From Caulobacteraceae bacterium (GTDB lineage: Bacteria; Pseudomonadota; Alphaproteobacteria; Caulobacterales; Caulobacteraceae): 64,000 nucleotides of DNA. Of the stretch, positions 9,707-24,425 are shown one piece after another (within the stretch, counting starts at the first letter, position 1; every line of letters begins with the position of its first letter). The notes below the pieces were generated by a model. That model searched no databases, was not told the DNA's origin, and saw nothing but the letters and a program-made list of their open reading frames with translations. The stretch lies in contig DATCBS010000006.1 of NCBI GenBank assembly GCA_036511715.1, positions 231,277 to 295,276 on the forward strand. Direction: 5' to 3'. The translations under genes were made by a program, and so were the position numbers.

Positions 9707-11029
9707 ATGACGGCCCAAGCCCAGGCGACCGCGATCGAGGTCGATTCCGCCACGCCCGTCCCACTCACGGCGTCGGTGCGGTATCGGATTCTCCTCTACA
9801 TGAGCATCCTGACGTTTCTGATGGGTTTCGGCGGCCCCTATCTCGGGTTGATCGGTCTGCCGATAAGCTTCTTCCTGAAGAACAAGCTGCACCTCAAGGC
9901 CCACGAAGTCGCGTTGTTCCAGCTCATGTCAGCGGTGCCGCTCTATTTGTCGTTCGCTTTTGGGTTTGCCCGCGATCGATGGAATTTCTTCGGCATGAAG
10001 GATAGGGGCCTCATGGTCCTGTTTGGTTCCATTACGGCGATAATCTATCTCGCCTTCTCCTTCATACAGGTGAGCTACATAACTCTTCTCATTGGCGTGC
10101 TGATGCTCACGTTCGGGTATCTCTTTGTGGTCAGCGCCAAGGACGGGCTGGCCTCGACCATCGGCCAGCAGCACGTGATGTCCGGTCAGATCAGCGCGGT
10201 GTGGAATGTCGTGGCGTCCCTGCCCGGTCTCGTGGCGTTCCTGTTGGGCGGGGTGCTGAGCGACCAGCTCGAGGGCCAGAACGCCGACCGGGCGGCGCGA
10301 ATCCTCTTCCTGATCGGCGCGGCGGTGATGGCGGCGGTCGCCGCCTACGGCGCTTGGCGCCCGCGGATCGTGTTCGACAATGTCCACTACGAACAGCGTC
10401 CCGCCGTCCACCCCTTTGCCGACTTGAAGAGGCTCGTGGGCCACTGGCCAATTTACCCGGCCCTCTTGATCTGGCTGTTGTGGAACTTCGCGCCCGGGTC
10501 GGTGACGCCGCTTCAATACTATCTCCAGAACACGCTGCACGCGAAGGACGCCCAATGGGGCCAATGGAACGCCATTTTCGCCGCCTCGTTCATCCCCACC
10601 TTCCTGCTGTTCGGGGTTCTGTGCCGGAAGTTCCCATTGAAGAAACTGTTGTGGTGGGGGACGGTGGTCGCCGTTCCCCAGATGGTCCCCCTGGCGTTCA
10701 TCCATTCGGTGGACGGAGCGCTCTGGGCGGCCGCCTTCATGGGCTTGACCGGGGGAGTCGCCAGCGCCGCCTATATCGATCTGATCATTCGCTCTTGCCC
10801 GCACGGCCTACAAGGCACGACCATCATGATGTCCACCGGTCTCTACTGGATTGCTTCGAGATTCGGTGATGTTCTGGGGACGAATCTCTACGATCACTAC
10901 GGCGGCTTCATGGTCTGCGTTATCGCCATCACCGTCGTCTACGCACTGATCCTGCCGACACTTCTGCTCGTGCCCAACCGTCTCATCACGACCGCCGACG
11001 GGGATGTGCCGGAGGGCGGCTTCGCCTGA
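9707..11029 (+). CDS. MFS transporter, BT1/folate-biopterin-like
   Basis: Multiple TM segments, PISFFLKNKL and GFARDRW motifs; GGAGG RBS before ATG 9707. Confidence 0.7.
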   Translation: MTAQAQATAIEVDSATPVPLTASVRYRILLYMSILTFLMGFGGPYLGLIGLPISFFLKNKLHLKAHEVALFQLMSAVPLYLSFAFGFARDRWNFFGMKDRGLMVLFGSITAIIYLAFSFIQVSYITLLIGVLMLTFGYLFVVSAKDGLASTIGQQHVMSGQISAVWNVVASLPGLVAFLLGGVLSDQLEGQNADRAARILFLIGAAVMAAVAAYGAWRPRIVFDNVHYEQRPAVHPFADLKRLVGHWPIYPALLIWLLWNFAPGSVTPLQYYLQNTLHAKDAQWGQWNAIFAASFIPTFLLFGVLCRKFPLKKLLWWGTVVAVPQMVPLAFIHSVDGALWAAAFMGLTGGVASAAYIDLIIRSCPHGLQGTTIMMSTGLYWIASRFGDVLGTNLYDHYGGFMVCVIAITVVYALILPTLLLVPNRLITTADGDVPEGGFA

Positions 11030-11045
11030 TGGCCGATCCCTTGGC

Positions 11046-12032
11046 CTAAAGCCCCTCGAACAGTGGCGTGGAGAGGTAGCGTTCGGCGAAACTGGGGATG
11101 ATGGCCACGATGAGTTTGCCCGCCATCTCACGCCTGCCCGCGACGTCGAATGCGGCGGCGAGCGCCGCGCCGGAGGAGATCCCTACCGGCACGCCCTCGA
11201 GGCGGGCGCACAACCTCGCCATTTCGAACGAATCCTCATTGGAGACCTGGATGATCTCGTCCAACACGCCGCGATCGAGGATGGCCGGGACGAAGCCCCC
11301 GCCCAGTCCCTGGATCTTGTGCGGGCCAGGCTGGCCCCCAGAGAGCACCGGCGAGCCAGTCGGTTCCACGGCCACCATCCGCACCGACGGCTTTCGAGCC
11401 TTGAGCACCTGACCCACGCCGGTGATCGTGCCACCGGTTCCGACCCCTGAGATCACCACATCCACGCGACCGGCGGTGTCGTTCCAGATCTCCTCCGCCG
11501 TGGAGACGCGGTGGATAAGCGGATTGGCTGGATTTTCGAACTGTTGCGGCATTACCGAGCCGGGAATTTCGTCCAGCAATTCGCGGGCCCGGGCGACCGC
11601 CCCCATCATGCCCTTTTCCGCTGGCGTCAGCTCCAGTCTCGCGCCCAGCAGAAGCAGCATCTTGCGCCGTTCGATGGACATGCTCTCCGGCATGACCAGG
11701 ACGAGATTCAAGCCCTTGGCCGCGGCGACGAACGCGAGGGCTATGCCCGTATTGCCGCTCGTCGGCTCGATGATGGTGCTTGCAGGTCCAATCAGCCCCT
11801 TTGCCTGCATCGCCTCGATCATGGCGATGCCGATGCGGTCCTTGACCGATCCCAGCGGATTGAAGAACTCGAGTTTGGCGGTGACCTCGGCCTTGGGTTT
11901 GAGCCGGGCGGTCAGCCGCGGCAGGCGGATGAGCGGCGTATCGCCGATAGTGTCCAGGATGGAATCATAAATCCTGCCTCGGCCGGACCGCTTGAACCGG
12001 ACAGGGTCATACTCGGCGCCGATGGGCTTCAT
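11046..12032 (-). CDS. cysK: Cysteine synthase A
   Basis: [15 protein letters not shown] (PLP lysine), [26 protein letters not shown]. Confidence 0.96.
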   Translation of the reverse strand: MKPIGAEYDPVRFKRSGRGRIYDSILDTIGDTPLIRLPRLTARLKPKAEVTAKLEFFNPLGSVKDRIGIAMIEAMQAKGLIGPASTIIEPTSGNTGIALAFVAAAKGLNLVLVMPESMSIERRKMLLLLGARLELTPAEKGMMGAVARARELLDEIPGSVMPQQFENPANPLIHRVSTAEEIWNDTAGRVDVVISGVGTGGTITGVGQVLKARKPSVRMVAVEPTGSPVLSGGQPGPHKIQGLGGGFVPAILDRGVLDEIIQVSNEDSFEMARLCARLEGVPVGISSGAALAAAFDVAGRREMAGKLIVAIIPSFAERYLSTPLFEGL

Positions 12033-12244
12033 GTCATGGACCTTAAGCGCGGCCGCTGATTTTCAGAAGGCCGCTCATTCCGCCGCCGGGCCACCGAGAC
12101 CGAGAACCTGCCGTCGGCGTGGATGGCTCGCTGCTGAAAGCTCGGCCGACCCGGGCGCGGCCCGAACGATTTGCTGAGCGCGCCTCGAGTGCGTGAGCTC
12201 GCGGACACGGTTGGCGGCGGGCGGTTCCATTCGCGGCCTGCCGA

Positions 12245-13054
12245 CTACATCCTCATGTCCGCCCGGCTTCCCGCCTGCATCTGATGAAGGTGTTCCAGTG
12301 CGCTGCGCCAGGCTCCGGGGCCGATCCCGATATCGCTCCGGAACGGGTATTGAAGCTCGAACAGCAGGACCAGAGCGGAGACGATGATCGCCACCACCGT
12401 CGAGGTCATCAGGAGGTGGACGCGCGCGTTGCCCACTCCAAACAGCCAGCAGAACGAGGTGATGCACATCGCCCCGCCTAGCAGCACCAGCCACTCGAAC
12501 CAGGAGACGCCGCTGCCGTTGACGGCGATGCGCCGCTGCCTTGCATCGTGCATCACGGTCAGTTGCTGCAGGGTTGCGGCCTGCGCATTAGATTCGCCCG
12601 CGTTGGCCGGCGCCAGAGTTCCGGCGACATCCAGGGCATCCATATCCACGAACGCGGCATTCGGGTCGTAGTCGCCGCGGCGCATGCGCGGCCACTCACG
12701 ATCGACCATGATCTTCGCATAGGCGAACATGTCGCTGCGTAGGCGCTCACGGGCGGGAGGCGGAAGGCCGACCGCGGAATGCCATGCATCGATGTCCGCG
12801 CCGGCTTCCAGAACGACGATTTCGCGCGCCTCGGTATAGTGCTGCCATGCAACCACCGTCATGAAGCCGAGGATCACCGCATAGAGCGTCCCCGCGACGG
12901 CGAAGATCGTTCCGCCGACGTCATTGTGCGCGACGAAACCGCCGCTGCGGAACCGATGGCGGACGAAGCCTTGCCCGGCGCCGGTGATGGCGACGGCGAT
13001 CGCTACGGCGATGACGAGCAGCAGTGCGGCGGGCAGGCTGTAGAGGACGTTCAT
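12245..13054 (-). CDS. Integral membrane protein, DUF4239-like
   Basis: HNDV..., GTLYAVILGF, RQRRI and ELQYPF motifs with four TM segments. Confidence 0.65.
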   Translation of the reverse strand: MNVLYSLPAALLLVIAVAIAVAITGAGQGFVRHRFRSGGFVAHNDVGGTIFAVAGTLYAVILGFMTVVAWQHYTEAREIVVLEAGADIDAWHSAVGLPPPARERLRSDMFAYAKIMVDREWPRMRRGDYDPNAAFVDMDALDVAGTLAPANAGESNAQAATLQQLTVMHDARQRRIAVNGSGVSWFEWLVLLGGAMCITSFCWLFGVGNARVHLLMTSTVVAIIVSALVLLFELQYPFRSDIGIGPGAWRSALEHLHQMQAGSRADMRM

Positions 13055-13243
13055 CGCAGCATGCCCTTTCAAGGCCGTCGGGTTCGGACCCTAGGATAGG
13101 CTGCTCCGGTTGTCGGCGCCCAGACGCCTGCGGCTAAGCGGGCGCCGATGCCGCGGGCTCGCGATCGATGCTGAGTAGCCGCTTGCCCACGCCCGACCCA
13201 AAGGCGCAAACTGGACTCCCCCTGATGTCGAGGACGACCGTAA

Positions 13244-14974
13244 GTGCCCAACGCCCATGACTTGGTGATCCGCGGCGGCGAGATCTGCGACGGTGACGGG
13301 GGGGCGCCGTTCATCGGCGATGTCGCTGTCGACGACGGAATCATTTCCTGGGTCGGCGAGGTGGCTGGGTCGGGGGCGGAGGAGATCGACGCCCGCGGAC
13401 GGATCGTCACCCCCGGCTTTGTCGACATCCATACCCATTACGACGGCCAAGCGACCTGGGACACCCACATGCAACCCTCGTCCTGGCACGGAGTGACCAC
13501 AGTGGTCATGGGCAATTGCGGCGTCGGATTCGCGCCGTGCCGCGATCGCGACCACGATCGCCTGATCCGACTCATGGAGGGTGTGGAGGACATTCCCTTC
13601 CCCGTACTCGCAGATGGTTTGCCTTGGAATTGGGAGAGCTATCCGGACTATCTGGATGGATTGGCGCGTCGGCGTTTTGATGTCGACATTGGCAGCCAGC
13701 TTCCCCATGCGGCGGTGCGCGTGTTCGTCATGGGCCAGCGAGGCGCCGACCGCGAGCGTGCGACAGCCGATGACATCGCGGCGATGAGGGCGATCGCCGA
13801 GAAGGCGGCCAGGGCCGGGGCCCTGGGCTTCACCACCTCGCGGACGCTCAACCACCGGACCAGCGATGGCCAGCCCACGCCCACGCTCACGGCGTCGGAG
13901 GATGAGCTCACCGGCATAGCCATGGGACTCGCCGCAGCCGAGGCCGGCGTCTTGCAGGTCGTGTCGGATTTCACCGACTCGAAGGCGGAGTTCTCAATGT
14001 TGCGGCGCATCGCGCAGCGCTCGGGCCGGCCCCTGTCTTTCTCCCTGGTCCAGAGCCCGATCAATCCAGAGGGTTACAAGACCCTGCTCGCCGCGCTGGA
14101 AGAGGCCGTCGCATCAGGCATTTCGATGAAGGCGCAGGTCGCGCCCCGCCCTGTCGGCGTGCTCCTTGGACTCGAACTGACGCTCAACCCGTTCACCCAC
14201 CACCGCGCTTACAAGGAAATCGCGGTCCTGCCATTGGTCGAACGGGTCGCGCGCCTGAGCGACCCGGACTTCCGCACGCGTCTCTTCGCCGATCCTCCCG
14301 AGGGCGGGGTCCGCGGAATGCAGGCGGCCTGGGGCCGGATGCATCTGATGGAATGCGAGCCGGACTACGAACCGACGGCGGATTCCACCGTCGCCGCCCA
14401 CGCCGCCGCTCGCGGCTGCGCCCCCGAGGCGGTGGCACTCGACCACATGCTCGGAAACGGCGGACGGAACATGCTCTATGTTCCCATTCTCAACTACGCG
14501 CAGGGAACGCTTGATCCGGCGCGCACGATGTTGATCCACGCCGACACGGTGCCGGGTCTCTCCGACGGTGGCGCTCATGTCGGCATGATCTGCGACGGCA
14601 GCTTCCCGACCTCAATGGTCACTCACTGGACGCGCGACCGCACCCGGGGCGAAAAGCTGCCACTGGGGAAAGTGGTGCGCATGCAGAGCCGCGACACCGC
14701 CGAGGCGGTGGAGCTGTTCGATCGCGGTCGCCTCGCTCAAGGCTACCGCGCCGATCTGAACGTCATCGACTACCCCGGACTCAAGCTGCACGCCCCGGAG
14801 GTTGCGTACGATTTGCCGACGGGTGGACGGCGGCTCATTCAGCGGGCGAGCGGCTATGTCGCCAGTATCGTCGCTGGAGAGGTGACATATCGCGACGGCG
14901 AGGCCACCGGGGCCCTGCCCGGCCGCTTGGTCCGCGGGGCAAAACCCGCGCCCGCGGCGCTGGCCGCCGAATAG
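13244..14974 (+). CDS. N-acyl-D-amino-acid deacylase family amidohydrolase
   Basis: [40 protein letters not shown]. Confidence 0.9.
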   Translation: MPNAHDLVIRGGEICDGDGGAPFIGDVAVDDGIISWVGEVAGSGAEEIDARGRIVTPGFVDIHTHYDGQATWDTHMQPSSWHGVTTVVMGNCGVGFAPCRDRDHDRLIRLMEGVEDIPFPVLADGLPWNWESYPDYLDGLARRRFDVDIGSQLPHAAVRVFVMGQRGADRERATADDIAAMRAIAEKAARAGALGFTTSRTLNHRTSDGQPTPTLTASEDELTGIAMGLAAAEAGVLQVVSDFTDSKAEFSMLRRIAQRSGRPLSFSLVQSPINPEGYKTLLAALEEAVASGISMKAQVAPRPVGVLLGLELTLNPFTHHRAYKEIAVLPLVERVARLSDPDFRTRLFADPPEGGVRGMQAAWGRMHLMECEPDYEPTADSTVAAHAAARGCAPEAVALDHMLGNGGRNMLYVPILNYAQGTLDPARTMLIHADTVPGLSDGGAHVGMICDGSFPTSMVTHWTRDRTRGEKLPLGKVVRMQSRDTAEAVELFDRGRLAQGYRADLNVIDYPGLKLHAPEVAYDLPTGGRRLIQRASGYVASIVAGEVTYRDGEATGALPGRLVRGAKPAPAALAAE

Positions 14975-14988
14975 TTGGGAGTCAGGTC

Positions 14989-16011
14989 ATGGCCGTCCAG
15001 GTTCTTGAGACCACATGCGAATGGAGAGCCGCCGACGTCGCCGACCCGGCGGCATGGACCGAGCTACTCGGCGAGGCGGAGGTCGAGGAGATCGATTCCG
15101 CGATCGCTTCGGCGCGCGCAAAATCGAGCAATCTGCTCGAGATCGGCAGGGCCGACTTTCCGTTGCCAACCCTCGCCGCTCGCCTCCACGCGATCGAGCA
15201 GGAACTCATGTCCGGCCGGGGCTTCGTGCTCCTCAGGGGCCTGCCGCGTGAGCGCTACTCCAACGACGAGATGTGCATCGCCTACTGGGGCATCGGCGCG
15301 CACCTGGGCAAGCCCTGGCCGCAGAACCACTATGGGCACGTGCTCGGCGACGTCACCGACCAGGGCAAGCAGCCTGGCGATCCCACCGCCCGTGGCAACG
15401 AGCTGGGTCAGATCGGCCTCGAGTTTCACTGCGATGGATCCGACCTTGTCGGGCTGCTTTGCCTACAGACCGGCGCCAGCGGGGGCCTTTCGGCCGTCTG
15501 CAATTCGGTCTCCCTGCACAACGCGATGGTCCGCGAACGGCCTGACCTCGCCGCCGAACTCTACAAGCCCCAGCCGTACGACATGCGCGGAGAGCAGGCG
15601 CCCGGTCGGCGCGGCTGGTACGAAATGCCGGTGTTCACGCAGATGGGCGGCAAGCTTTTCGTGCGCCTCATCGGCTCATACATCCTCGCTTCCCAGCGTC
15701 ATGACGATGCGCCGCGTCTCACGGAGTTGGCCCGCGAGGGTCTCTCCTGGCTGCACGAACGTTCCGAAAGCGGCGCTTACAGCGTCATCATGGATTTTCA
15801 GCCTGGCGACATGCAGTTCATCAACAACTACCATGTGCTGCATGGCCGCACGCCCTATCGGGACGACCGCGGCGCCGGAAAGGTCCGGCACCTGAAGCGC
15901 CTGTGGCTGGAGACGGACGCCGTGGGAGAGCGCCCCCGCTGGTTCCGCAACAACATCTCCAGTCACTGGGCCGAAAAGCCGGTGATCAGCCGTTTGGACG
16001 CGGTGAACTGA
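14989..16011 (+). CDS. TauD/TfdA-family Fe(II)/2-oxoglutarate dioxygenase
   Basis: HxD (FHCDG) and distal NNYHVLHGR...RHLKRLWL; GRGFVLLRG. Confidence 0.88.
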   Translation: MAVQVLETTCEWRAADVADPAAWTELLGEAEVEEIDSAIASARAKSSNLLEIGRADFPLPTLAARLHAIEQELMSGRGFVLLRGLPRERYSNDEMCIAYWGIGAHLGKPWPQNHYGHVLGDVTDQGKQPGDPTARGNELGQIGLEFHCDGSDLVGLLCLQTGASGGLSAVCNSVSLHNAMVRERPDLAAELYKPQPYDMRGEQAPGRRGWYEMPVFTQMGGKLFVRLIGSYILASQRHDDAPRLTELAREGLSWLHERSESGAYSVIMDFQPGDMQFINNYHVLHGRTPYRDDRGAGKVRHLKRLWLETDAVGERPRWFRNNISSHWAEKPVISRLDAVN

Positions 16012-16020
16012 ACAACGCCA

Positions 16021-16374
16021 TCAATCGACCGGCGCCGTGGCGAGGCGAGAGAGCCTGCGTCCCTGAAGTTCCACCGGCGCTCCGTGGGGGGTGCTGCGGT
16101 GGGCCTCCTCCCAATCACACCTGCGCTGCGTCAGTTCGGCCGGTTGGACGAGACCCTTGCTGGTGACCAGGCTCTCCAGGGCGGCCAGCCAGGCTTCGTA
16201 GTACCTCGTTCCATCGCTGGGGCCCAAGGCGGCGATCTCCGCGGACAATGCGCTGGCCCATTCGCCCCAGGAGAAGGCGCCCCGACCGCTGAGCTGTACC
16301 GCGAGCGCGAATGCCTGTGCCTGCCAGGGATCGGTGAACACAAGTTCGGAGGCGATCGCCTCAAGCGGGTTCAA
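16021..16374 (-). CDS. Nitrile hydratase accessory/activator protein (P14K/NhlE-like)
   Basis: FTDPWQAQAFALAV, FSWGEW, YYEAWLAALESL, TPHGAPVEL. TTG start overlaps the nthB stop. Confidence 0.85.
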   Translation of the reverse strand: MNPLEAIASELVFTDPWQAQAFALAVQLSGRGAFSWGEWASALSAEIAALGPSDGTRYYEAWLAALESLVTSKGLVQPAELTQRRCDWEEAHRSTPHGAPVELQGRRLSRLATAPVD

Positions 16375-17020
16375 GGTAGGAATCCCACATGTCGAGGTGG
16401 ACCGTATCAGCGAGCGCCGCAGCTTCGCCCCAGAGTTCGCGGGCAGAAAAACGAACGCCATACAACCGTTGGGGACATTCCCCTCCGCCATGGGCGTGCG
16501 TGTCGGGAAAGACATGCACCCCGTGGTCGCGCTCAATGACGCCGCGCCGGCCCCGGATATAGCGCGGCAAGCGGGTGTGGCCGCGTGGATTGATGTTTCT
16601 CGCCAGTACCGGGTTTCCGGGAGTGAAGCGCCGCGGTGCCGGGTATTCGCGCGTGGAGGGCCCGCCGCTCGCCAACAGGTCGGCGACACGCGCGGCGATG
16701 AGCGGGGTCGCCGAGGCGGCGGCTCCAAGTTCCGGCCGGCCTGTCGCGAGCTCCGCGCTGGTCACGAGCCCTTGGTCGACCATCAGTGCGACGAGGCCCG
16801 CGAGCCACCGCTCATAGTAGCTCATTGCGAGATAGGCTTCGCCGGATATGCGTTCGCGCTGGTGTCGCGCGGTGTCGATGTTCCACTTGCCCCACGCGCC
16901 GACGGCAAGAGTCAACGCCAGGACCCGTCCTTCCCAGGTTTCGTGGAACACCGGTTCGTTCTGTTCGCGAGCCACCGCGCCCAGGCCATCCATGCCCCCC
17001 ATGTCGTGGACGCCGTTCAT
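16361..17020 (-). CDS. nthB: Nitrile hydratase beta subunit
   Basis: MNGVHDMGG, FHETWE, SYYERWL, GHTRLPRYIRG, ELWG, WDSYLEPA. Confidence 0.96.
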   Translation of the reverse strand: MNGVHDMGGMDGLGAVAREQNEPVFHETWEGRVLALTLAVGAWGKWNIDTARHQRERISGEAYLAMSYYERWLAGLVALMVDQGLVTSAELATGRPELGAAASATPLIAARVADLLASGGPSTREYPAPRRFTPGNPVLARNINPRGHTRLPRYIRGRRGVIERDHGVHVFPDTHAHGGGECPQRLYGVRFSARELWGEAAALADTVHLDMWDSYLEPA

Positions 17021-17656
17021 TCAATGAGGATTCGGCAGTTCCACCCTGGCCATGCCGATCATCGAATCCCGCGTGACCAGGGCCGCGAGGGCTTCCGGCC
17101 CGAGGTTCTCGGCGCCCCTGGGCCGTTCTGGAAGCACGAGGTACCGCACCTCCGCAGTGGAATCCCACACCCGGACCTCGACCTCCTCGCCGAGCACGAG
17201 GCCGAACTCGGCCATGACGCCGCGCGGATCGATGACCGCCCGCGAGCGGTAGGCCGAGGACTTGTACCATGCCGGCGGCAGGCCCAGCACGGGCCAAGGA
17301 TAGCAGGAGCAGAGGGTGCACACGACGAGGTTGTGAATTTCCGCGCTGTTCTCGACCACGATCATGTGCTCGCCCTGGCGCCCTCCAAAGCCGAGTTCGG
17401 CGATCGCCGCGGTTGCATCTGCCAGCAGCCGTCGCCGGTAGCCCTCGTCGGTCCATGCGCGCGCCACGACCTTTGCGCCGTTTCGGGGCCCGACCTTGTG
17501 CTCATAGGTCTCAATGATCGCGTCGAGCGCCGCTGGATCGACCAGACCCTTCTCCACCAGAAGCGACTCCAGCGCCTTGACCCGTAACTCGAGCTCGGAC
17601 GGACCGTTCTCTGCGGCGTGGGTTTCTCGGCGGCGATCGAGCCCGGCATCGGTCAT
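17021..17656 (-). CDS. nthA: Nitrile hydratase alpha subunit, cobalt type
   Basis: [10 protein letters not shown] metal site (T and Y variants indicate Co type), [20 protein letters not shown]. Confidence 0.96.
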   Translation of the reverse strand: MTDAGLDRRRETHAAENGPSELELRVKALESLLVEKGLVDPAALDAIIETYEHKVGPRNGAKVVARAWTDEGYRRRLLADATAAIAELGFGGRQGEHMIVVENSAEIHNLVVCTLCSCYPWPVLGLPPAWYKSSAYRSRAVIDPRGVMAEFGLVLGEEVEVRVWDSTAEVRYLVLPERPRGAENLGPEALAALVTRDSMIGMARVELPNPH

Positions 17657-17749
17657 CGCGGCGCGGCTCGCCCCGCGATTCCCATTCCCATGGCGGGGAG
17701 GGCTGAGCGAGATCCCGAAGCCGAGCCACCCTGCCTCATCGGTTTCCAC

Positions 17750-18079
17750 TCACTTCCGCCGAGCCTTGCGGGCCGCGTATTTCGCATCGCGCCTGGCTTT
17801 TTCCTCGGCCTTGGTCAGCGCCTTGCGTTCCTTGCGTTCGGACCGCTTGGCGGCGAGGGCTTCCTCCGCCGAGGCGATGGCCTTCTGGCGAGCCGCCGCC
17901 TTCGCCTCGGCCCGAGCCTTCCTTACCGCCTCGAGCTCCGCTGCGCGGATGGCCTCGCGGCGTTCGAAATCGGGGTCGGTCACTGTTGGCTTGGGTTTCA
18001 GTTTCGCCACGAGCGCCCTCTTCGCCTCGGCCGCTGCGCTCAGACGGTCGGTGTAGTCGACTTTAAGCTTGTCCTTCAT
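17750..18079 (-). CDS. Small basic Ala/Lys/Arg-rich coiled-coil protein (DUF6481-like)
   Basis: DRLSAAAEAKRAL...KARRDAKYAARKAR pattern of a common alphaproteobacterial small-protein family. Confidence 0.65.
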   Translation of the reverse strand: MKDKLKVDYTDRLSAAAEAKRALVAKLKPKPTVTDPDFERREAIRAAELEAVRKARAEAKAAARQKAIASAEEALAAKRSERKERKALTKAEEKARRDAKYAARKARRK

Positions 18080-18157
18080 GGATCCTGCTTGCCCGAGATT
18101 CCCGGGCGATCTCAAAGCCGAAAAGTCGGCGAAGAGCAAGCTTGCCGGTCCCACGGG

Positions 18158-18691
18158 TCACCCGTTTCCCGGCCTCGCGCCGCCTGGCTCGAGAAGCTTC
18201 GCCAGCTCGCTCACCGCCTCGGTCAAACGCAACACTTCCTTCTGCCGCAACTCATCGATTTTCTCGTGCAGAAGCTCGATTTCAAGCTCGGCCTTGATGT
18301 TGATCTTGTGGTCGGTGTCGGCGGCCTTGCGGTCTATGTCCTGCTGGCGGTTCTGGGCCATCATGATGAATGGCGCGGCGTATGCGGCCTGGAAGGAGAG
18401 GGCGAGATTCAACAGGATAAAGGGATAGGGGTCCCAGTGCCGCATCCATGCGGTGACGTTGAGGCCAATCCAAGCCACGAGCGCGCTCGACTGGATGATC
18501 ATGAAGCGCCATGAGCCGATGGTCGCGGCGACCCAGTCAGCGATCCTCTGCCCGCGCGTCAGCTCGCCGAGCGGCAATGGCGCATGACGGCTCCGGACAA
18601 GCCGGCGCAGCCTCCTCAGCTCGATGAGGAGCCGACGCTCGGTGTCGTGGATTCCCGCCTCGATGTCGGATGCCAGTTCCACGGGACTCAA
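18158..18691 (-). CDS. DUF1003 membrane protein
   Basis: GQRIAD..GSWRF, WDPYPFILLNLALSFQAAYAAPFIMMAQNRQ, LHEKID. Confidence 0.88.
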   Translation of the reverse strand: MSPVELASDIEAGIHDTERRLLIELRRLRRLVRSRHAPLPLGELTRGQRIADWVAATIGSWRFMIIQSSALVAWIGLNVTAWMRHWDPYPFILLNLALSFQAAYAAPFIMMAQNRQQDIDRKAADTDHKINIKAELEIELLHEKIDELRQKEVLRLTEAVSELAKLLEPGGARPGNG

Positions 18692-18744
18692 CCTTTGCCA
18701 TCAACGGCGGTGGCGATCACCCCATCATGATTCCGAGGTTCGTA

Positions 18745-19188
18745 TCACTCGCCGAATCCGCCCTTGCCGGTGAGCGGAGCGAAACGAATGAGCCGGCTGT
18801 CGGCCACGGCCGCGGTGCGGTGCTTGACGAACTCGCGGTAGTCCGAATCGGTCACCATCGCGAGGAAGGCCCCCGCGCTCGGGTACTGGGCGATGAAGGC
18901 CAAATCCCATCGCTCTTCAGCAGGCCCGGTAACGACCGTCTCGGGCCTGCCGGCCCAGGTCTGGACTCCCCCCAAGCGCCCGAACAGAGCCGCGGTCATT
19001 CGGCTGTAGGCGCGATAGGCCTCCAGGCCGCTCATCCGCTTGCCGTGGTTTGGGTGGTCCGCTGGATAGTTGGCCAGCGCGCGCAGTCGGATCAGATTGA
19101 GCATGTGGATCGGCCGGTCGCGGGGCAGGGCCTTGAAGGCGTCGAACTGCTCCCGGTCCGGGTTCACGGCGCCGATAGTGTCGGTCAT
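18745..19188 (-). CDS. DUF1330-like dimeric alpha/beta barrel protein
   Basis: PIHMLNLIR, SGLEAYRAY, EERWD...YPS..AF, HRTAAVADSRLI. Confidence 0.75.
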   Translation of the reverse strand: MTDTIGAVNPDREQFDAFKALPRDRPIHMLNLIRLRALANYPADHPNHGKRMSGLEAYRAYSRMTAALFGRLGGVQTWAGRPETVVTGPAEERWDLAFIAQYPSAGAFLAMVTDSDYREFVKHRTAAVADSRLIRFAPLTGKGGFGE

Positions 19189-19346
19189 GGAGGATCACTT
19201 TCTTGTCTACAGGGGCCCTCGCCGTGACGGCTGGATGAGCCGTTCGGTCACGTGCCCCGTCTGCGATGGCGCTCGCGCCGCGCGGCGTGTCTCCTGATCC
19301 ATCAGCGCGGGTAAACGCCTTTCCAGACAAGGCTTTCCGGGCTCGG

Positions 19347-19373
19347 TTGCGGCGCCGCACGGCCCATGCTATC
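19347..19373 (+). promoter_or_regulatory. Putative housekeeping-sigma promoter of the atp operon
   Basis: TTGCGG...GCTATC resembles the Caulobacter TTG.../GCTA consensus; about 135 bp upstream of atpH. Confidence 0.45.
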
Positions 19374-19507
19374 AGGCGCCCGGCTGGTGGCTAGGGGCCG
19401 CGTACCTACGGTTCGGTCACCCCAAGGCTTCCTCAAGGTGCAATAGGCCTCGACGCCGGACTCGGAGGGCCGACCGGGCCCGGCGCCGGCGCGACACGCA
19501 GGCGGTT

Positions 19508-21606
<2,099 letters not shown>

Positions 21607-21639
21607 TAAGCGACCCAAGTCGGAGCGCCGAGCACTCGG

Positions 21640-22512
21640 ATGGCCAGCCTCAAGGACCTGCGCAGTCGAATCGCCAGCATCACGGCGACGCAGAAGATCA
21701 CCAAGGCGATGCAGATGGTGGCGGCGGCCAAGCTGCGGCGGGCGCGCGAGGCGGCGGAGAATGCGCGTCCTTACGCCCAGCGGATGAGCGCGGTCATCGC
21801 CAACCTCGCGGCCGGGGTCTCCGGCGCGGGGGCCCCAGCGCTCTTGGCTGGCACTGGATCGGACAATCGCGAGCTGGTGATCGTCGCTACGGCGGATCGT
21901 GGGTTGGCGGGCGGCTTCAATTCATCGATCGTTCGGGCGGCCCGGGATCACGTCGTGGAGAGGCTCGAGGCCGGCAAGGATATCTCGATCATGACCGTCG
22001 GGCGCAAGGCGAGGGACCAGTTGCGCCGGTCGTTCGCAGGACGCACCGTGGCGACCTTCGAGGCCGGGTCAAATCCGACTCTCGACAAGGCGCAGGAGAT
22101 CGCCGACGCCATCACTCAGAGGTTCGAGGACGGATCGGTCGACGTCGTCACGCTTTTCTATAGCCACTTCGTTTCCGTCGTCACTCAGACGCCGACTCGC
22201 CAGCAACTCGTTCCCGCTCGGGTGATCGGCGGCGCAGCCCCAATCGATCTTGGCGGCGCCGTCTACGAATACGAACCCGATGAAGCCACCATCCTGGCGG
22301 TCCTCTTGCCGCGAAACCTGACAACCCAGATCCTGTCAGCCATGATGGACAATCAGGCCGGCTTCTTCGCCGCCCAGATGGCGGCGATGGATAACGCCAC
22401 TCGCAACGCCGGCGACATCATCGCCAACCTGACCCTCTTGAAGAACCGCACTCGCCAGGCGCAGATCACCAAGGAGCTGATCGAGATCATCTCCGGCGCC
22501 GAGGCCCTTTAG
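21640..22512 (+). CDS. atpG: F1 ATP synthase gamma subunit
   Basis: [41 protein letters not shown]. Confidence 0.98.
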   Translation: MASLKDLRSRIASITATQKITKAMQMVAAAKLRRAREAAENARPYAQRMSAVIANLAAGVSGAGAPALLAGTGSDNRELVIVATADRGLAGGFNSSIVRAARDHVVERLEAGKDISIMTVGRKARDQLRRSFAGRTVATFEAGSNPTLDKAQEIADAITQRFEDGSVDVVTLFYSHFVSVVTQTPTRQQLVPARVIGGAAPIDLGGAVYEYEPDEATILAVLLPRNLTTQILSAMMDNQAGFFAAQMAAMDNATRNAGDIIANLTLLKNRTRQAQITKELIEIISGAEAL

Positions 22513-24072
<1,560 letters not shown>

Positions 24073-24078
24073 ACAAGC

Positions 24079-24342
24079 GTGGCCACGAAGCTCCATTTTT
24101 CGCTTGTTTCGCCGCAGCGCGAGCTATTCACCGGTGAGGTCGACCAGGTCGACGCCCCGGGCGCAGAGGGCGACTTTGGGGTTCTCTATGGCCATGCGCC
24201 TTTCATGACGACGCTGCGGGAAGGTATCGTGAAGGTCCGCATGGCGGGTGCGGTCTTGGCTTTCGAGGTCCATGGGGGGTTTGCCGATGTCACGCCGCAG
24301 GGTCTTACCATTCTTGCCGAGAAGGCCAGTCAGATCGCTTGA
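24079..24342 (+). CDS. atpC: F1 ATP synthase epsilon subunit (N-terminal beta-sandwich only)
   Basis: LVSPQR, PGAEGDFGVLYGHAP, GGFADV...TILAE; only 87 aa. Confidence 0.92.
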   Translation: MATKLHFSLVSPQRELFTGEVDQVDAPGAEGDFGVLYGHAPFMTTLREGIVKVRMAGAVLAFEVHGGFADVTPQGLTILAEKASQIA

Positions 24343-24425
24343 ACCCACTCTCGCAGACGTCCCAAACTTTCGGTAGAAGGCGCAAGGGAAGTCCGCTGGT
24401 GGTTGGACAACGGGAACCTCAAAGC

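Noticed and set aside
16334-17587. 417-aa plus-strand ORF over nthAB
   Set aside because: Antisense shadow of clear genes in GC-rich DNA. The same applies to most other overlapping ORFs in the track.
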